The position numbers and the translations under genes are program-made. Below the pieces are notes generated by a model. It had not been told where the DNA came from and ran no database searches. It saw only the letters and a program-made list of their open reading frames with translations. A stretch of DNA of 62,999 bases, filler included, from Octopus bimaculoides (lineage: Eukaryota): NCBI RefSeq assembly GCF_001194135.2. It is 4 parts of 4 records of this genome, joined end to end, with 100 filler letters (N's around TTAATTAATTAA, not from the genome) between each part and the next. Parts side by side here need not be neighbours in the genome. Positions count along the whole stretch, not along the records: positions 1 to 28,152 come from NC_068996.1; positions 28,253 to 41,137 come from NC_068985.1; 2 more parts are not named here. One strand, written 5' to 3'. This document shows, piece by piece, positions 24,941 through 37,177 of this stretch; position 1 is the stretch's first letter; each line of letters opens with the position of its first letter.

Positions 24941-24987
24941 TCTTACAGCTGTTTCAGGGAAAATCCAATGTATCCCTTCATCGGAGA
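24941..24987 (-). ncRNA. Minimal type I hammerhead ribozyme-like motif (Penelope-associated type)
   Basis: Minus strand TCT-CCGATGA-AGGGA(TACATTGGATTT)TCCCT-GAAAC-AGCT-GTA-AGA. It has core boxes with a U4C variant, a 5-bp helix II, a 2-bp helix III with a palindromic loop, a GUA triplet and a 3-bp helix I. Confidence 0.55.
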
Positions 24988-25714
24988 TAGTAATAGTAGA
25001 GGAATGGATTATTACATCTATAAGAGGAGAGTTGTAGTAGGAAGTGAGAGCGATGCGCTGAAAAAAGAACAAAGAAGAAACAGTACTTGGAGTGTAGCTC
25101 CATTCCAGCAGTAAACATCCATGTAAAGAATCCTTGTGGGTATTTTCCGGAGATAATTGTAGTAGCAAAGGTGGATATATATCACATCGTGTCCGGAGTA
25201 TTCTGTGTGTTGTTTACACTCCAAGNNNNNNNNNNNNNNNNNNNNNNNNNNNNNNNNNNNNNNNNNNNNNNNNNNNNNNNNNNNNNNNNNNNNNNNNNNN
25301 NNNNNNNNNNNNNNNNNNNNNNNNNNNNNNNNNNNNNNNNNNNNNNNNNNNNNNNNNNNNNNNNNNNNNNNNNNNNNNNNNNNNNNNNNNNNNNNNNNNN
25401 NNNNNNNNNNNNNNNNNNNNNNNNNNNNNNNNNNNNNNNNNNNNNNNNNNNNNNNNNNNNNNNNNNNNNNNNNNNNNNNNNNNNNNNNNNNNNNNNNNNN
25501 NNNNNNNNNNNNNNNNNNNNNNNNNNNNNNNNNNNNNNNNNNNNNNNNNNNNNNNNNNNNNNNNNNNNNNNNNNNNNNNNNNNNNNNNNNNNNNNNNNNN
25601 NNNNNNNNNNNNNNNNNNNNNNNNNNNNNNNNNNNNNNNNNNNNNNNNNNNNNNNNNNNNNNNNNNNNNNNNNNNTATATATATATATATATGCATATGT
25701 GTGTGTACATATAT

Positions 25715-26185
25715 CATCAGCATTTAACTTCTGTTTTCCATACTGGCATGGATTGGATGGCATGACAGAAACTGGCAGGAACAGAAGCTGCACCAGGTTC
25801 CATGATCTGTTGTGGCATGGTTTCTACAGGTGGATGCCCTTCCTAATGACAACCACTTCATAGAGTGTAGTGGGTGCTTTTTATGTGGCACTTTGGTTTT
25901 AGGATCTCAATTCTGTTGTGGTGGTGGATCTTTTCAAGTATAACAATGTACCACATATCTCGATCTTCTGTAATCTCCTTTGTACAGCATTTTGAGACCA
26001 TCCTTCACTACTTTGCCTTGTGTCTTCCAGGGACCCCTTTTCAACAATTTCCCTCCAACTTTAGTGATCAGCACTTCTTTATGCGATTGTCCTCATCCAT
26101 CCACATCACATGACCAAACCAATGCAGTCTCCTCTCTTGCACACTGCATCTAATTCCCCTTATGTCCAGCTTCTCTCTCAGTACA
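25715..26185 (-). mobile_element. RTE family 1, 3' copy
   Basis: CAT-tail start, GGATGCCCTTCCTAA, then the ORF2 end CCACATCACATGACCAAACCAATGCAGTCTCC. Confidence 0.8.
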
Positions 26186-26289
26186 CTAATTAAGAGTTGA
26201 ACTTTCTGTGCAGCCTCCTTCACTGCTAATTAGGTGTGAGTGTTGAATTGTTGGTAAATAATCATAGAACCAGCTGGGGTTAAAAAGAT

Positions 26290-26600
26290 TCTTGGTAATA
26301 ACATCCTTTCTAGTGCCGGTGCAACAATAGAACATGCTCACTACACTCTCTAAAGTGATGTTTTGTGACGGAGCATCAAGCTGGAACATTCAAGTGCTGC
26401 TCTGATTCGTCTTGTTATATGGTAACTCTGAACAACAAAGAACTGGCTCAATCTGTGCAAACATGTCCAGCCATGGGGGATTATTTGCTTGTTTAAAAAC
26501 ATGCGAGAACCAGCCACAAGGTGCATCTGGCTATAGAAAATCTTTCTCAAACTCCATCCAACCCATGTGAGTAATGGAAAAGTGGACAATGAGAATGATG
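26290..26600 (+). mobile_element. RTE family 1, degraded 3' UTR
   Basis: CCATCCAACCCATG...ATGGAAAAGTGGAC...GAATGATGA. Confidence 0.55.
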
Positions 26601-28152
26601 ACGTATATATGTGTGTGTGTATATATATATATATATATAGTTTATTGTTTCATTAAGGTATGATCAACAATGAAAGTACTCTATCCAGTGAGAGATAGAT
26701 ATCATTTAATGTACACGGTAGCTCTATCTTTATATTGTATACATTAATGATATATGTACATATATATGTTCTTACATATGTATCTCTCTCTCATATATAT
26801 GTATGTATGTGTATACACTCACACACACATCAATTTTTGTTGATTCACCAAGGAATATTAAATTACTGTGTAAGTGTTGAGTATTCTTTAATGGCTCTAG
26901 ATTGACAGTTTTATGTTTTCCTGCCTTCTCCACTGCTAATCTGACCCTGTTGCTTCTTGAATTATCTAATGTTTGAATATATATGTTAAAATATTATGAT
27001 GCAAAAGCTATTGAAAAATGTTTATCTCTGTATTTTTATAAAAAGTCATCTGAGTAATAAAGCTGTTTCAAGCTTGCATTTTCTATCTCATTCCTGGCAT
27101 TCATGGGAAAATGAAAATATTTCAAATCTAAAATGGTTCTGTTACAAAATTCTGTTGCTGTTTAAACAATTTTTTTTTAAGCCACTCACTTTGACACATG
27201 CTTTTTGCTAAACCAATCTGAAAAGGAGGCTGATACATAACGATGCTTAGCTTCATGAATACAAGATACTAACAATTCAGTTTTTTTCTTCAAACTGTTA
27301 CTGCCTTAAAACAAAATTCATAATTTTTGCCTTAACCTTTTAGCAAATAAACCAGCCATATCTGGGACCCAAATACCTGTTCCATGCTCAAACTGGCCAG
27401 ATCTGGCCTCTTACACTTATTCTACAGTGTCATTCTCAAGATAATCACATCATCAAAATCTTAACCCTATAACATAATACTTGATTAATTCAAAACGATT
27501 TGAATGAATAAACATTTCATTTTTCAGAATAATCTGAATGCTAAAGGGTTAAAGCACACAGCTTACACCACATTTTTGATTTAAAGTTACTATTCCTCCA
27601 GACTTGTACTTTGTCTGCAATCAACCAAATAATTTTAAATTCATTAAAGACCTGTCTCATGTAAGTGCTCTTCAAATTTCAAGAAAACCATAGCACATCT
27701 TTCATCAAGGCTGACAAATAAATATTGATTTTTATAATACTGAATTTTTGGTTTCCCCAATAAATACTTGTGGTTCATTACTGTTGTTTGTTTCTATTTA
27801 ATACCTTACTATACTTATGTCTTGGACAAGGGCCCGGGAACAGGGGGTGCAGCGGGTGCACCCGCACACCCTAGAGTTTTCAGGGGGTGCAAGATCAAAA
27901 TTTGCACCCCCTACATAATCTTACCAGTTGCTAAAATGTATCGGTATAAAATGCTGAAGTTCGATCTCGTTTCAAAACAAAGAAATAAATAAATATATAA
28001 ATAAATAAAAGTGATGAAGCTAGCATAAAATTCCCTAGGGAGTTCTGAAGGCAAGTAGCTTCAAAATACAAAAAAGTAAGTGACAATAACAACAGTAGCA
28101 GCAACAATAACAACAACAAAACCAGCATGTATGGTTAATTTTGAATATATAG

Positions 28153-28252
28153 NNNNNNNNNNNNNNNNNNNNNNNNNNNNNNNNNNNNNNNNNNNNTTAA
28201 TTAATTAANNNNNNNNNNNNNNNNNNNNNNNNNNNNNNNNNNNNNNNNNNNN
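28153..28252. other. Synthetic 100-bp scaffold-join spacer (44N + TTAATTAATTAA + 44N)
   Basis: Identical geometry at three places; the 12-mer is palindromic with stops in all six frames. Confidence 0.9.
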
Positions 28253-28310
<58 letters not shown>

Positions 28311-28313
<3 letters not shown>

Positions 28314-28527
28314 GGCGGCAAGCTGGCAGAATCGTTACCGTGCCGGGCAAAATGCTTAGCGGTATTTCGTCCGTCTTTACGTTCTGAGTTCAAATTCTGC
28401 TGCCATCGACTTTGCCTTTTATCCTATCGGGTCGATAAAATAAGTACCATTTGAGCACTGGGTTCGATGTAATTGACCTTCCTCCTCCCCCGAATTTGCT
28501 GGCCTTATGCCAAAAATTTGAAACCAA

Positions 28528-28587
<60 letters not shown>

Positions 28588-28690
28588 TATTATTATTATT
28601 ATCATAAGCTGGCAGAATCGTTAGCACGCCGGGTAAAATGCTAAGCGGCTTTTTGTCCGTCATTATGTTCTGAGTTCAAATTCCATTCAC
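28311..28690 (+). mobile_element. tRNA-derived SINE family B: a full copy plus a second 5' fragment, embedded in (ATT)n
   Basis: AAGGCGGCAAGCTGGCAGAATCGTTA...GAGTTCAAATTC (B-box-like)...GCCTTATGCCAAAAATTTGAAACC-(ATT)n. Confidence 0.8.
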
Positions 28691-28859
28691 CAATTTTTGT
28701 TTTCTGCCTATAGTTTTATAGACTCTCAGCCCAAAACATTACAGCTATAAAGTATAACTTGGACAGAGTATTGATGTCTACTACCTTATAATATTTTTTC
28801 TAAATTTTTCTTTTGATTGTATTTTGTACATAATTTGGTTCGTTGAATCCTCAGTATTT

Positions 28860-30700
28860 GCAAAACCTGTGCTTGGCGTCTTTTTGTCATATCCTTTTGT
28901 CATATATGGCATATGAAATCCTAATTTTCAACCCTTCAATTCCTTTAATAAATTCACGTAGTTGTGTTTGTAGTTTAGGGTGCTCATGTACAAATGTCAT
29001 ACCATAACATTTATATTCATACCAATCCGGTTTAACACAGTGGTTAAAGTCTTCATTCCAGACAGAGGAGGGAAAGAGAGAGTTCAGTTTCAAAATTCTT
29101 CTAATTGAGATGGGCTTCGTTTTACAATTCCTTCTTTTGTCTGTACCTGCAGTATCGTTTGACAATTACTCACGAGGTCTTTAATACAAGTGTCAAAAGC
29201 ATTCTGTTATTCACTCTATCCTGTGCTCAAGCTCTTCACTCTTATTTTACATCTTGCAGCATGGTTTTGTTAATCAATAATCGGTCTTTACAACCATTGA
29301 AATCTTTACTGCATCCATTCTCTTCTTCTGAAACTAGTTTACTTTTTGTTCTTTCCATATGTTTATTTGTGATATTGTAATTTAAGGCTTCATAGGTTGT
29401 AGGAAGGCGAGTTATAGTTCTGTAGTCTTAGTGTCTGCTATTTTTTTAATCTTGAGGATCAAGACGACTTTCTTATCAATGAACCAGTCAGGGGTTTGGT
29501 GCAGTTCCTTCAGTTTCTCATGAAACATCTGTTAGCACCTTAAGAGCCCACGTTAAATATTTTAACCGGACGTTTGGAAACTTATTACATCCTGATGCCT
29601 TCCTTTTTCTTTTCTTTTTTTTTTGTGTTGTGCATCTTATTGGTTACATCTTGTCTTGTTAAGGTCTCACACGATTATTTAGATGCTGCATTCGTTGCTT
29701 TGAATAATCTCATAACAGGGTGTTTCTCTGCTGTCTATACTCTTCCATCGAACTCTTCTACTTGTCTTGTTTCTAGCGCTGTATTTGTTTCTGTTTTAGT
29801 TCCACATTATTCTCGATAAATTGTTTTTTGTTTTCGAGTCAAATTTTGTTTTCTTCAAGGTATTATTATCGCTCTTCATAACGATGGATTCTTAGTGATT
29901 CTAGTGAAAATCTCTTATTTCGGGCATCCATTAATTCCAAGTGATATTTTTTTCTATTATTTTATATTCCTGTATATTTGTCATTTATTCTTTTTTCAAT
30001 TATATCTCTTCATTGATTTCATTAACGGTTGAGACATGTTTACATTTATTTTCTTTTTCTGTATGTTTCTTTTACATGTTGTTTGCTTGTTTTGATATTC
30101 CAAGATCATAGATATTCCGAATCTGAGAGAGTAACAAATTTTTCTTGTAATTATCGTGGGTGCCACAAATATTATTGCGTTTAACTAGGTGTCTGATTTC
30201 ATTATGATTGGTGTGACCAGATTTGCGATTTTTATTGTTGTTACTATTTCATCAGTACCCTGGGAGACACGCTCGCTGGCCCATATAAATCTTTTCTACT
30301 GAATTTTTTTCTTTAAATATTTTCACTCTCAGATTATTTTCTTATTCGTGTTTTCCATCTTTGAAATCATTTATTCGCAAATATAGCACATGTTCTTTTG
30401 TATCTATAACTTGCTTGTGTTGTTCTAATTTTGGTATTTGTTGAGCAGTATTCTGTAGGTGTCTAGGAATTCGATTTTGTTGTTTTCTTATTTAATTTGT
30501 ATATTTTGCATGCATTAGATGGATCTTAAGTTAACGAATTTGTTGGGATCCAACGTTATATTCCGATCAATGTTATCTTCTCTTCATAGTCGTAGTTACA
30601 TTTCGAGCAAATATGCATGCAGAATAGAAACGTATCTTTTACGTGTTAATTTGTGCCTTTTCTGTTTTAGTTGCCAGAATTAAGAAACAAAGACTTGACC
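28860..30700 (-). mobile_element. R4/Dong-clade non-LTR retrotransposon, degraded N-terminal and RT fragment
   Basis: Frameshifted ITRLPTTYEAL...EENGCSKDFNGCKDRLLINKTML and TKPISIRRI, corresponding to R4 RT motifs NYRPITCLPT and EQKGC..G..GCKDQLLI. The upper boundary is uncertain. Confidence 0.65.
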
Positions 30701-30829
30701 TCTAATTAAATTTTCCCGATTTGCGCCAGGTACCGTATCATTTGTATTCAACGATATCGAGTTTCGTACGCTCCATTTTTGTATTTTTCTTCATCAGTTT
30801 CAAAGTATTCCTCTTTTAACATGGGGTTG

Positions 30830-32463
30830 ATTTATGTCTTAGTTTGTATTGGTTGTCATATTTTATGGCGAAGGAACTGAATATCTCTAGTGCTGATATG
30901 AATTATGTTAGTTTGTTTAAACCCTATATCGGGCCTTGTGTCTAGAGTAGAAAAGAATATCATTTCAAGTAAATAGTAAAAACAAAAGTCGTAATTTAGA
31001 TATTTTCAGTAAATAAAAAGCATCAAACTTGAGCAACTTTCACTATTTTTATTCTAACCAGTTTTAAATGTCATGATGATAACAGAAATATCCTTTATAC
31101 AATTAGATGTTAATAAACAACACATTTCTGTGATTCTTCACATAATAAGTGCTTCATATCTATGGAACTTGTTTGCAGATATGCCCACGGTGTGCTTAAT
31201 TTAGTGTGACTATCATTGCAAACCAGGTGAAACATGTTTAGTTGTACCTTTAACTATTTCTTATGAAAATTGGTATTTTGAATTCTCCTTTAATATTTTA
31301 AATGTGAGATCACAAGGGTCAGGGTCACCTTTGTCAATCATGGTCAAAGAACTGTAGATTGAACTTCATAGTATGCATGCTTTTTATGGATCTTTGCCAT
31401 CACAAATCTGCATTTGCTTACTTTATAACTGCTGACAATTCTGAAAATGACAATTGACTTAACTATGTTTTGTATTTCAGAAATACAGCCGTTTGTGTGA
31501 GAGGAAAATGCAAAAGCATTGCCGATGTTTTCTGCTATATTTGTGGATGTTACACTTTACCTAGGCAGCGAAACAAAATCACCGATTTTGTGAAGAAAAC
31601 TTAATTTGATTACTTTCGCATGAAACTGGGTGAGCAAAACAAAACCTGAAAATCTCATATAGTGTTTAAAACATGTGTTGAAACACTGAGACAATGACTG
31701 CTTCAAATACTTATGCAGAAAGTTTCTACCTTTGTCTAGTGAAAAAGTTAGGGCCGATGTGTTTGACGAGTTGTGATTAGATGTTTATTGCTGTGCGAGC
31801 AGTTTTTGGAGAACATGTCTGGCATTGAAAAATGAAGCACAGAATGCTTTTGCTGTAGTTGTGTCTGATTTCATGGGGAATAGGAAGCCATCAATTTATG
31901 AAGAACTGCTTTCGAGCACAGTGTTACAACATGAATGTAAAAATGCATTTCCTGCAGAATCATCTAATCTACTTCTATGAAAATCTTAGTGCAATAAGTG
32001 GCGAGCAAGGAGAAAGATTCCACCCAGACATCGAGAGCATGAAGACGAGGTATGAAGGCAGGTGGAACACAAACATGATGACCGAGGACTATTGGTTTCT
32101 GCAAAGAAACTATAATGATGCAAGTTATGCATGCAAAGCTGCAAAGAAAAGTTCACTTTGTGGGTAGCTGAAACTCCAGTTTGACAGGAATATCTATCCT
32201 AAGATGTGCAATTAAACATTTTGTGTAATACATTTGTTAAACAATAAAAAGTACGATTGATTTGTATTAGGTTCTTACTTCAGTATTGCATTTAATGGAA
32301 AAAATCGGACATCTTTTGGTAAAAAATGTATAGCTGTTTAACAAAGAACTTCACGTAATAGAAAATTTCTGAGGACATTTCGGAACCCAGCACCATCAAA
32401 TTAGGTAGGACTTATTATAAAATGCAAGACAACTAAAAATTATTTCGAAAATGCTCTCCGGTG
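30830..32463 (+). mobile_element. Internally deleted CMC/Chapaev3-like DNA transposon
   Basis: N-terminal VFCYICGCYTL...FDYFRMKLGEQNK and C-terminal MNVKMHFLQNHL..F.ENL.AISGEQGERFHPDI..M..RYEGRW. The right end is ...CCGGTG at 32463; the left end is degraded. Family assignment is from memory of the motifs. Confidence 0.6.
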
Positions 32464-33156
32464 TTGTCAATAAAATAATAAAAGCAGCTGACAAGCCCTA
32501 TTACTTATGAATAAACAATACAATGGTGCTTATACAGAGTGTAAGCTGTAGAAAAAAAACTTAGAAGAAAAGTGACTAGAAGAAAAGTGACTGTAGTTTT
32601 GTAATCAGTATGCTAATTCAACAGAAATTATGTTCAAAATTGTCCCTTTGTGTTATCATTAGTTGAGATTGACATTTCGATCATGTAGCGACTAACACAG
32701 TTAGACAATGGGATGGGGGAGTGTAAATCCCTTAAACTCTACAGGTTAGTGGAAAGTGTGAAAAAAAATAACCTGGAAAGAGTTCTGAGTGTCAACGAGG
32801 ACAGTCCGAGTAGCATATAAGAGTAAGTTTTCATGTCCGAGAATATGAACAATTTTTAAAAGTAAGGGCCTGATAGTACTGCAGTGGAACGTTGAGGGAT
32901 CAGGATAAATTCCACAGGGAGGGCCAAGGAGAGCCGTCAGCAATCTGAAATCTGTGTCCATTTATTGAAGATTTGTGAATTATTTCGTGTAAGCAGAATC
33001 TGACTATCAGCTGAATGTGTCAGGAAAGTCGATCCACTGATTTCCTTTAGCAAAGACAAGTGGGTTGTTTTCAAATGAAGTTGTATGGTGGACGTGGTTG
33101 AAAGACTCGAGGGCAGAACTTTTGCTGAAAGCTTACGTCAACATCAGCTTGGTCGG

Positions 33157-34850
33157 CTACAACTTGAATGGGGGGATATAAGGATGTTGGGTACTCATAA
33201 GTATGATCTTTTGCAATTCGCTTGTTTTGGAGATGCCAGGGATTTGATCGACATACTTGTTTGCTCCTCTTGATAACATTTCAAGTACCACAATATTAAT
33301 AGGTAATATTGTTTTGAGATTCCACGTATTGCCTATTTCAATCTCCAGCTCCTTGTACTTGTTCATTTTTTCAAACGTTTTTAGAGATGTATTTTTGTCG
33401 GCTGAAGCTGAAACATCAATAAAAAGACAAGCCTTTCTAATATGGTTTTTCACAATGAGATCAAGTCGGCTTGCCTGCATTTCCCGATCAATCTGTACAC
33501 TGAAAAGATGGTAACTTCGGCATTCTGGGCATCTTCTGGTGGCTTGTGTTGCCGCCTACTGTTTTTGTAAGGGAGGTTGTATGTGCGGCATATTGAACAG
33601 TGTTCGTACTTGTAAGAATTCTGTTGGTGCCAGCCTGCTGCATCCAGATATTATGTGGTTGATTATCTCTGGATATTCTCCACATATGCGGCATCACGAG
33701 CTGATTTTATATTTCAGGAAATTACTCTGGTAATTCATAGTTGGAAGGGACTGGTCCTGAGAAGCAACGATATACCCCTCAGTTTCTGGTTTCAGACCAG
33801 AGTATTACAGCCACTGTTGAGTAAGGGCTTTATCTACATCAGAGTCCCTGATTCTAGTCGGGTATTTTCCATGTAGTGGATTTGCTCCCATTTCTCCTTA
33901 ATATATTGGAGGTTGGTTTGTTTGGCTATGGTTTATTTGTTTTGCCTCGTCAGTTAGGAACACATCTTCTGGTACAGGTTCATCTAGTTGCATTACTCGG
34001 GGTTATATTTTCGCGTTTTTCGTCATTGAGTGCAACCTTTTGGTATCTTCATGCTTCATAACCAGCTTTAACATCCAGTCTGCTTGTTGAAGGCTTATAT
34101 AAAGTACCACTGTTGCAATTTTCAATGAGATTTGAGATTGTATTAACCCCTGATCGCCTTCTTTTCTTGGGAGGTATATTAGGTATGTGTTTCATTTTGA
34201 GTGATGCATACAATGCATTGTCCTCAGCTTTCATATTTTGACATCAAATTTGTTGATCTTAGAGAGGGACCAGTTTATATCATTGAAACTGTATATGATT
34301 ACTGGCATGTCCAGTGTTTTTATGGTCTCAATTTTGTTTCTCCCATTCAGCTCGATTTTCAGAAGGCTTCTCATTCTTCGGTAGCACGCCGCCTGTACCT
34401 TTCCTCTCATTAGTGAGTGTTTTATCCCATTTCCTTCACATATTCCTAGATCCTTATAACTGCTCTGAGGTTCTATTTTATCTCCATGTCTCTATCTAAG
34501 GTGATGTTGCATGCGTTTGATAGTTTTTCCCTTGATAAATGTAGTCTTGGCGCATTTGTGAAGCCAGGATTCAATTATGATCCTATCACTTAATTGTTTG
34601 ACTGTGTGTAGGAGGGCTTGCATTTGTCATCCATTCAGAGGAGATGTCGAACTATTTTTCCATACACATTGTATCCATAATTTGTTTCATTCAGAAGTTT
34701 ACATACAAAATTCCTGATTACTGGTGAAATTTTGAACATCTCCAAGCATTCCTTCATCCGGCTGTGAGGGTGACTATCAAAGCCTTCTTGTAGTCTATCC
34801 AGGTCACTAAAAGATGATGTTTTCTCCTGTTGTGACAACCTTCAAAAATC
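33157..34850 (-). mobile_element. R4/Dong-clade non-LTR retrotransposon, degraded RT, CCHC knuckle and restriction-like endonuclease
   Basis: D..K.FDSHPHS..KECLE; HLL*MDD; CRICGEYPEIINHIISGCSRLA; RLDLIV...IDVS...DKN...FEKMNKYKELEIEIG..W (PD-D/ExK type). Confidence 0.85.
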
Positions 34851-34889
34851 ATTCTGTTAATTAATAATTAATATTATTACTTTCTTTTA

Positions 34890-35110
34890 AGGTAGCAAGC
34901 TGGCAGAATCGTTAGCACGCCGGGTAAAATGTTTGGCTGGCGGCATTTCGTCCATCTTCACGTTCTAAATTCCAATTCTGCCGAAGTCGACTTTGCTTTT
35001 CATCCTTTCGGAGTCGATAAAATAAATATCAGTTGAATACTGGGGTCGATGTAACCGACTTACCCCTCCTCTAAAATTACTGGTCCTGGACCAATATTTG
35101 AAGCCAATAT
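34890..35110 (+). mobile_element. SINE family B
   Basis: Colinear with 28311-28528. Confidence 0.8.
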
Positions 35111-35322
35111 TATCATTGTCATATGAGGCGGCCATTTGGCAGAGTCGTTACTGTTACTGCAGTCATTATTACTCATGTAATCACGTGGTTCTTCTATTCA
35201 TTATCGTTGCCACCGTCATTATTGTCATGAATATTAGTTACCCGCCTTGTCTGAATCATAAAAAAATGAATTTTTCTGCTTACCTATCAGATAGATAGTT
35301 TGGCAGGTAGATACCTGCCAAA

Positions 35323-35400
<78 letters not shown>

Positions 35401-35404
35401 GTCT
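35323..35404. repeat. (CTAT)n microsatellite
   Basis: Tetranucleotide run. Confidence 0.95.
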
Positions 35405-35690
35405 NNNNNNNNNNGTCTGTCTCTCTGTCAATATATGCATGCGTGTGTTTGTATATATATATATATATATATATATGAACATACATACAATCATGCATGC
35501 ATGCATACATATATACACACATATATTCATGCATACACGGATGCATACATGGATGCACGCTTCCATGGAAACGCATATTTGTATTAATCACATATAATGC
35601 TTCTATGAGGGTTACTGCCAGAAGGCAAGAACAAATCCATCAACACTAGACAAAGCAAGTAATTTTTCTATATAGTGTATAGTGTGTGTG

Positions 35691-35721
<31 letters not shown>

Positions 35722-36555
35722 ATATATANNNNNNNNNNNNNNNNNNNNNNNNNNNNNNNNNNNNNNNNNNNNNNNNNNNNNNNNNNNNNNNNNNNNNNNN
35801 NNNNNNNNNNNNNNNNNNNNNNNNNNNNNNNNNNNNNNNNNNNNNNNNNNNNNNNNNNNNNNNNNNNNNNNNNNNNNNNNNNNNNNNNNNNNNNNNNNNN
35901 NNNNNNNNNNNNNNNNNNNNNNNNNNNNNNNNNNNNNNNNNNNNNNNNNNNNNNNNNNNNNNNNNNNNNNNNNNNNNNNNNNNNNNNNNNNNNNNNNNNN
36001 NNNNNNNNNNNNNNNNNNNNNNNNNNNNNNNNNNNNNNNNNNNNNNNNNNNNNNNNNNNNNNNNNNNNNNNNNNNNNNNNNNNNNNNNNNNNNNNNNNNN
36101 NNNNNNNNNNNNNNNNNNNNNNNNNNNNNNNNNNNNNNNNNNNNNNNNNNNNNNNNNNNNNNNNNNNNNNNNNNNNNNNNNNNNNNNNNNNNNNNNNNNN
36201 NNNNNNNNNNNNNNNNNNNNNNNNNNNNNNNNNNNNNNNNNNNNNNNNNNNNNNNNNNNNNNNNNNNNNNNNNNNNNNNNNNNNNNNNNNNNNNNNNNNN
36301 NNNNNNNNNNNNNNNNNNNNNNNNNNNNNNNNNNNNNNNNNNNNNNNNNNNNNNNNNNNNNNNNNNNNNNNNNNNNNNNNNNNNNNNNNNNNNNNNNNNN
36401 NNNNNNNNNNNNNNNNNNNNNNNNNNNNNNNNNNNNNNNNNNNNNNNNNNNNNNNNNNNNNNNNNNNNNNNNNNNNNNNNNNNNNNNNNNNNNNNNNNNN
36501 NNNNNNNNNNNNNNNNNNNNNNNNNNTATATATATATATATATATATATATATGC

Positions 36556-36800
36556 GTTTGTGTGTGTGTGTGTGTGTATTTATGTGTCCGTGTCTTTGTG
36601 CCTGTGTTTCCTCCCACCACCGCTTGACAACCGGTCTTGGTGTATTTGCGTCCCCGTAACCTAGCGGTTCGGCAAAGAAAATGATAGAATAAGTACCAAG
36701 CTTTAAAATAAGTACCAGGATCGATTCATTCGGCTAAAAATTTAAAGCGGTGCCCCAGCTTGGCCGCATTCTAACGACTGAAACATTTAAAAGATAACAG
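36556..36800 (+). mobile_element. SINE family A, 3' half (5' half not visible; a gap precedes it)
   Basis: GCTTGACAACCGG...CCCCGTAACCTAGCGGTTCGGCAAA...GATAGAATAAGTACC. Confidence 0.75.
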
Positions 36801-37114
36801 AATAAAAAAATGTATGTGTGCATGCATGTATGTATGTATGTATGTAATAAAAACATTACTGTACCTTTCGTATACGAGTACTATTTCTTCCATCTTGTTT
36901 TGCATTAATGTATTCACATATGCGAATGTATATGTGTGTGTCTGTGTGTGTGTTTGTGTGTGTGTATGTGCGTGTGTATGAATATTAGATCCAGGCAGGT
37001 CACCGTTCAAGCACTGTAGTTATGGCTAATCAAGTTATGGCTAACCACATCGAATGCAATAGAATGACCTGGGACTATTCAAGGTAAACAATCCCAATGT
37101 TTACCCATCGGGTG

Positions 37115-37177
<63 letters not shown>

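Noticed and set aside
28197-28208. TTAATTAATTAA isolated inside N runs (also at 41182 and 56277)
   Set aside because: Exact 44+12+44 geometry three times and stops in all six frames indicate a synthetic linker, not biology.
28860-34850. One full-length R4/Dong element split by insertions
   Set aside because: The fragments are in the wrong order for one element and both cover the D..KAFD RT motif, so they are separate copies.
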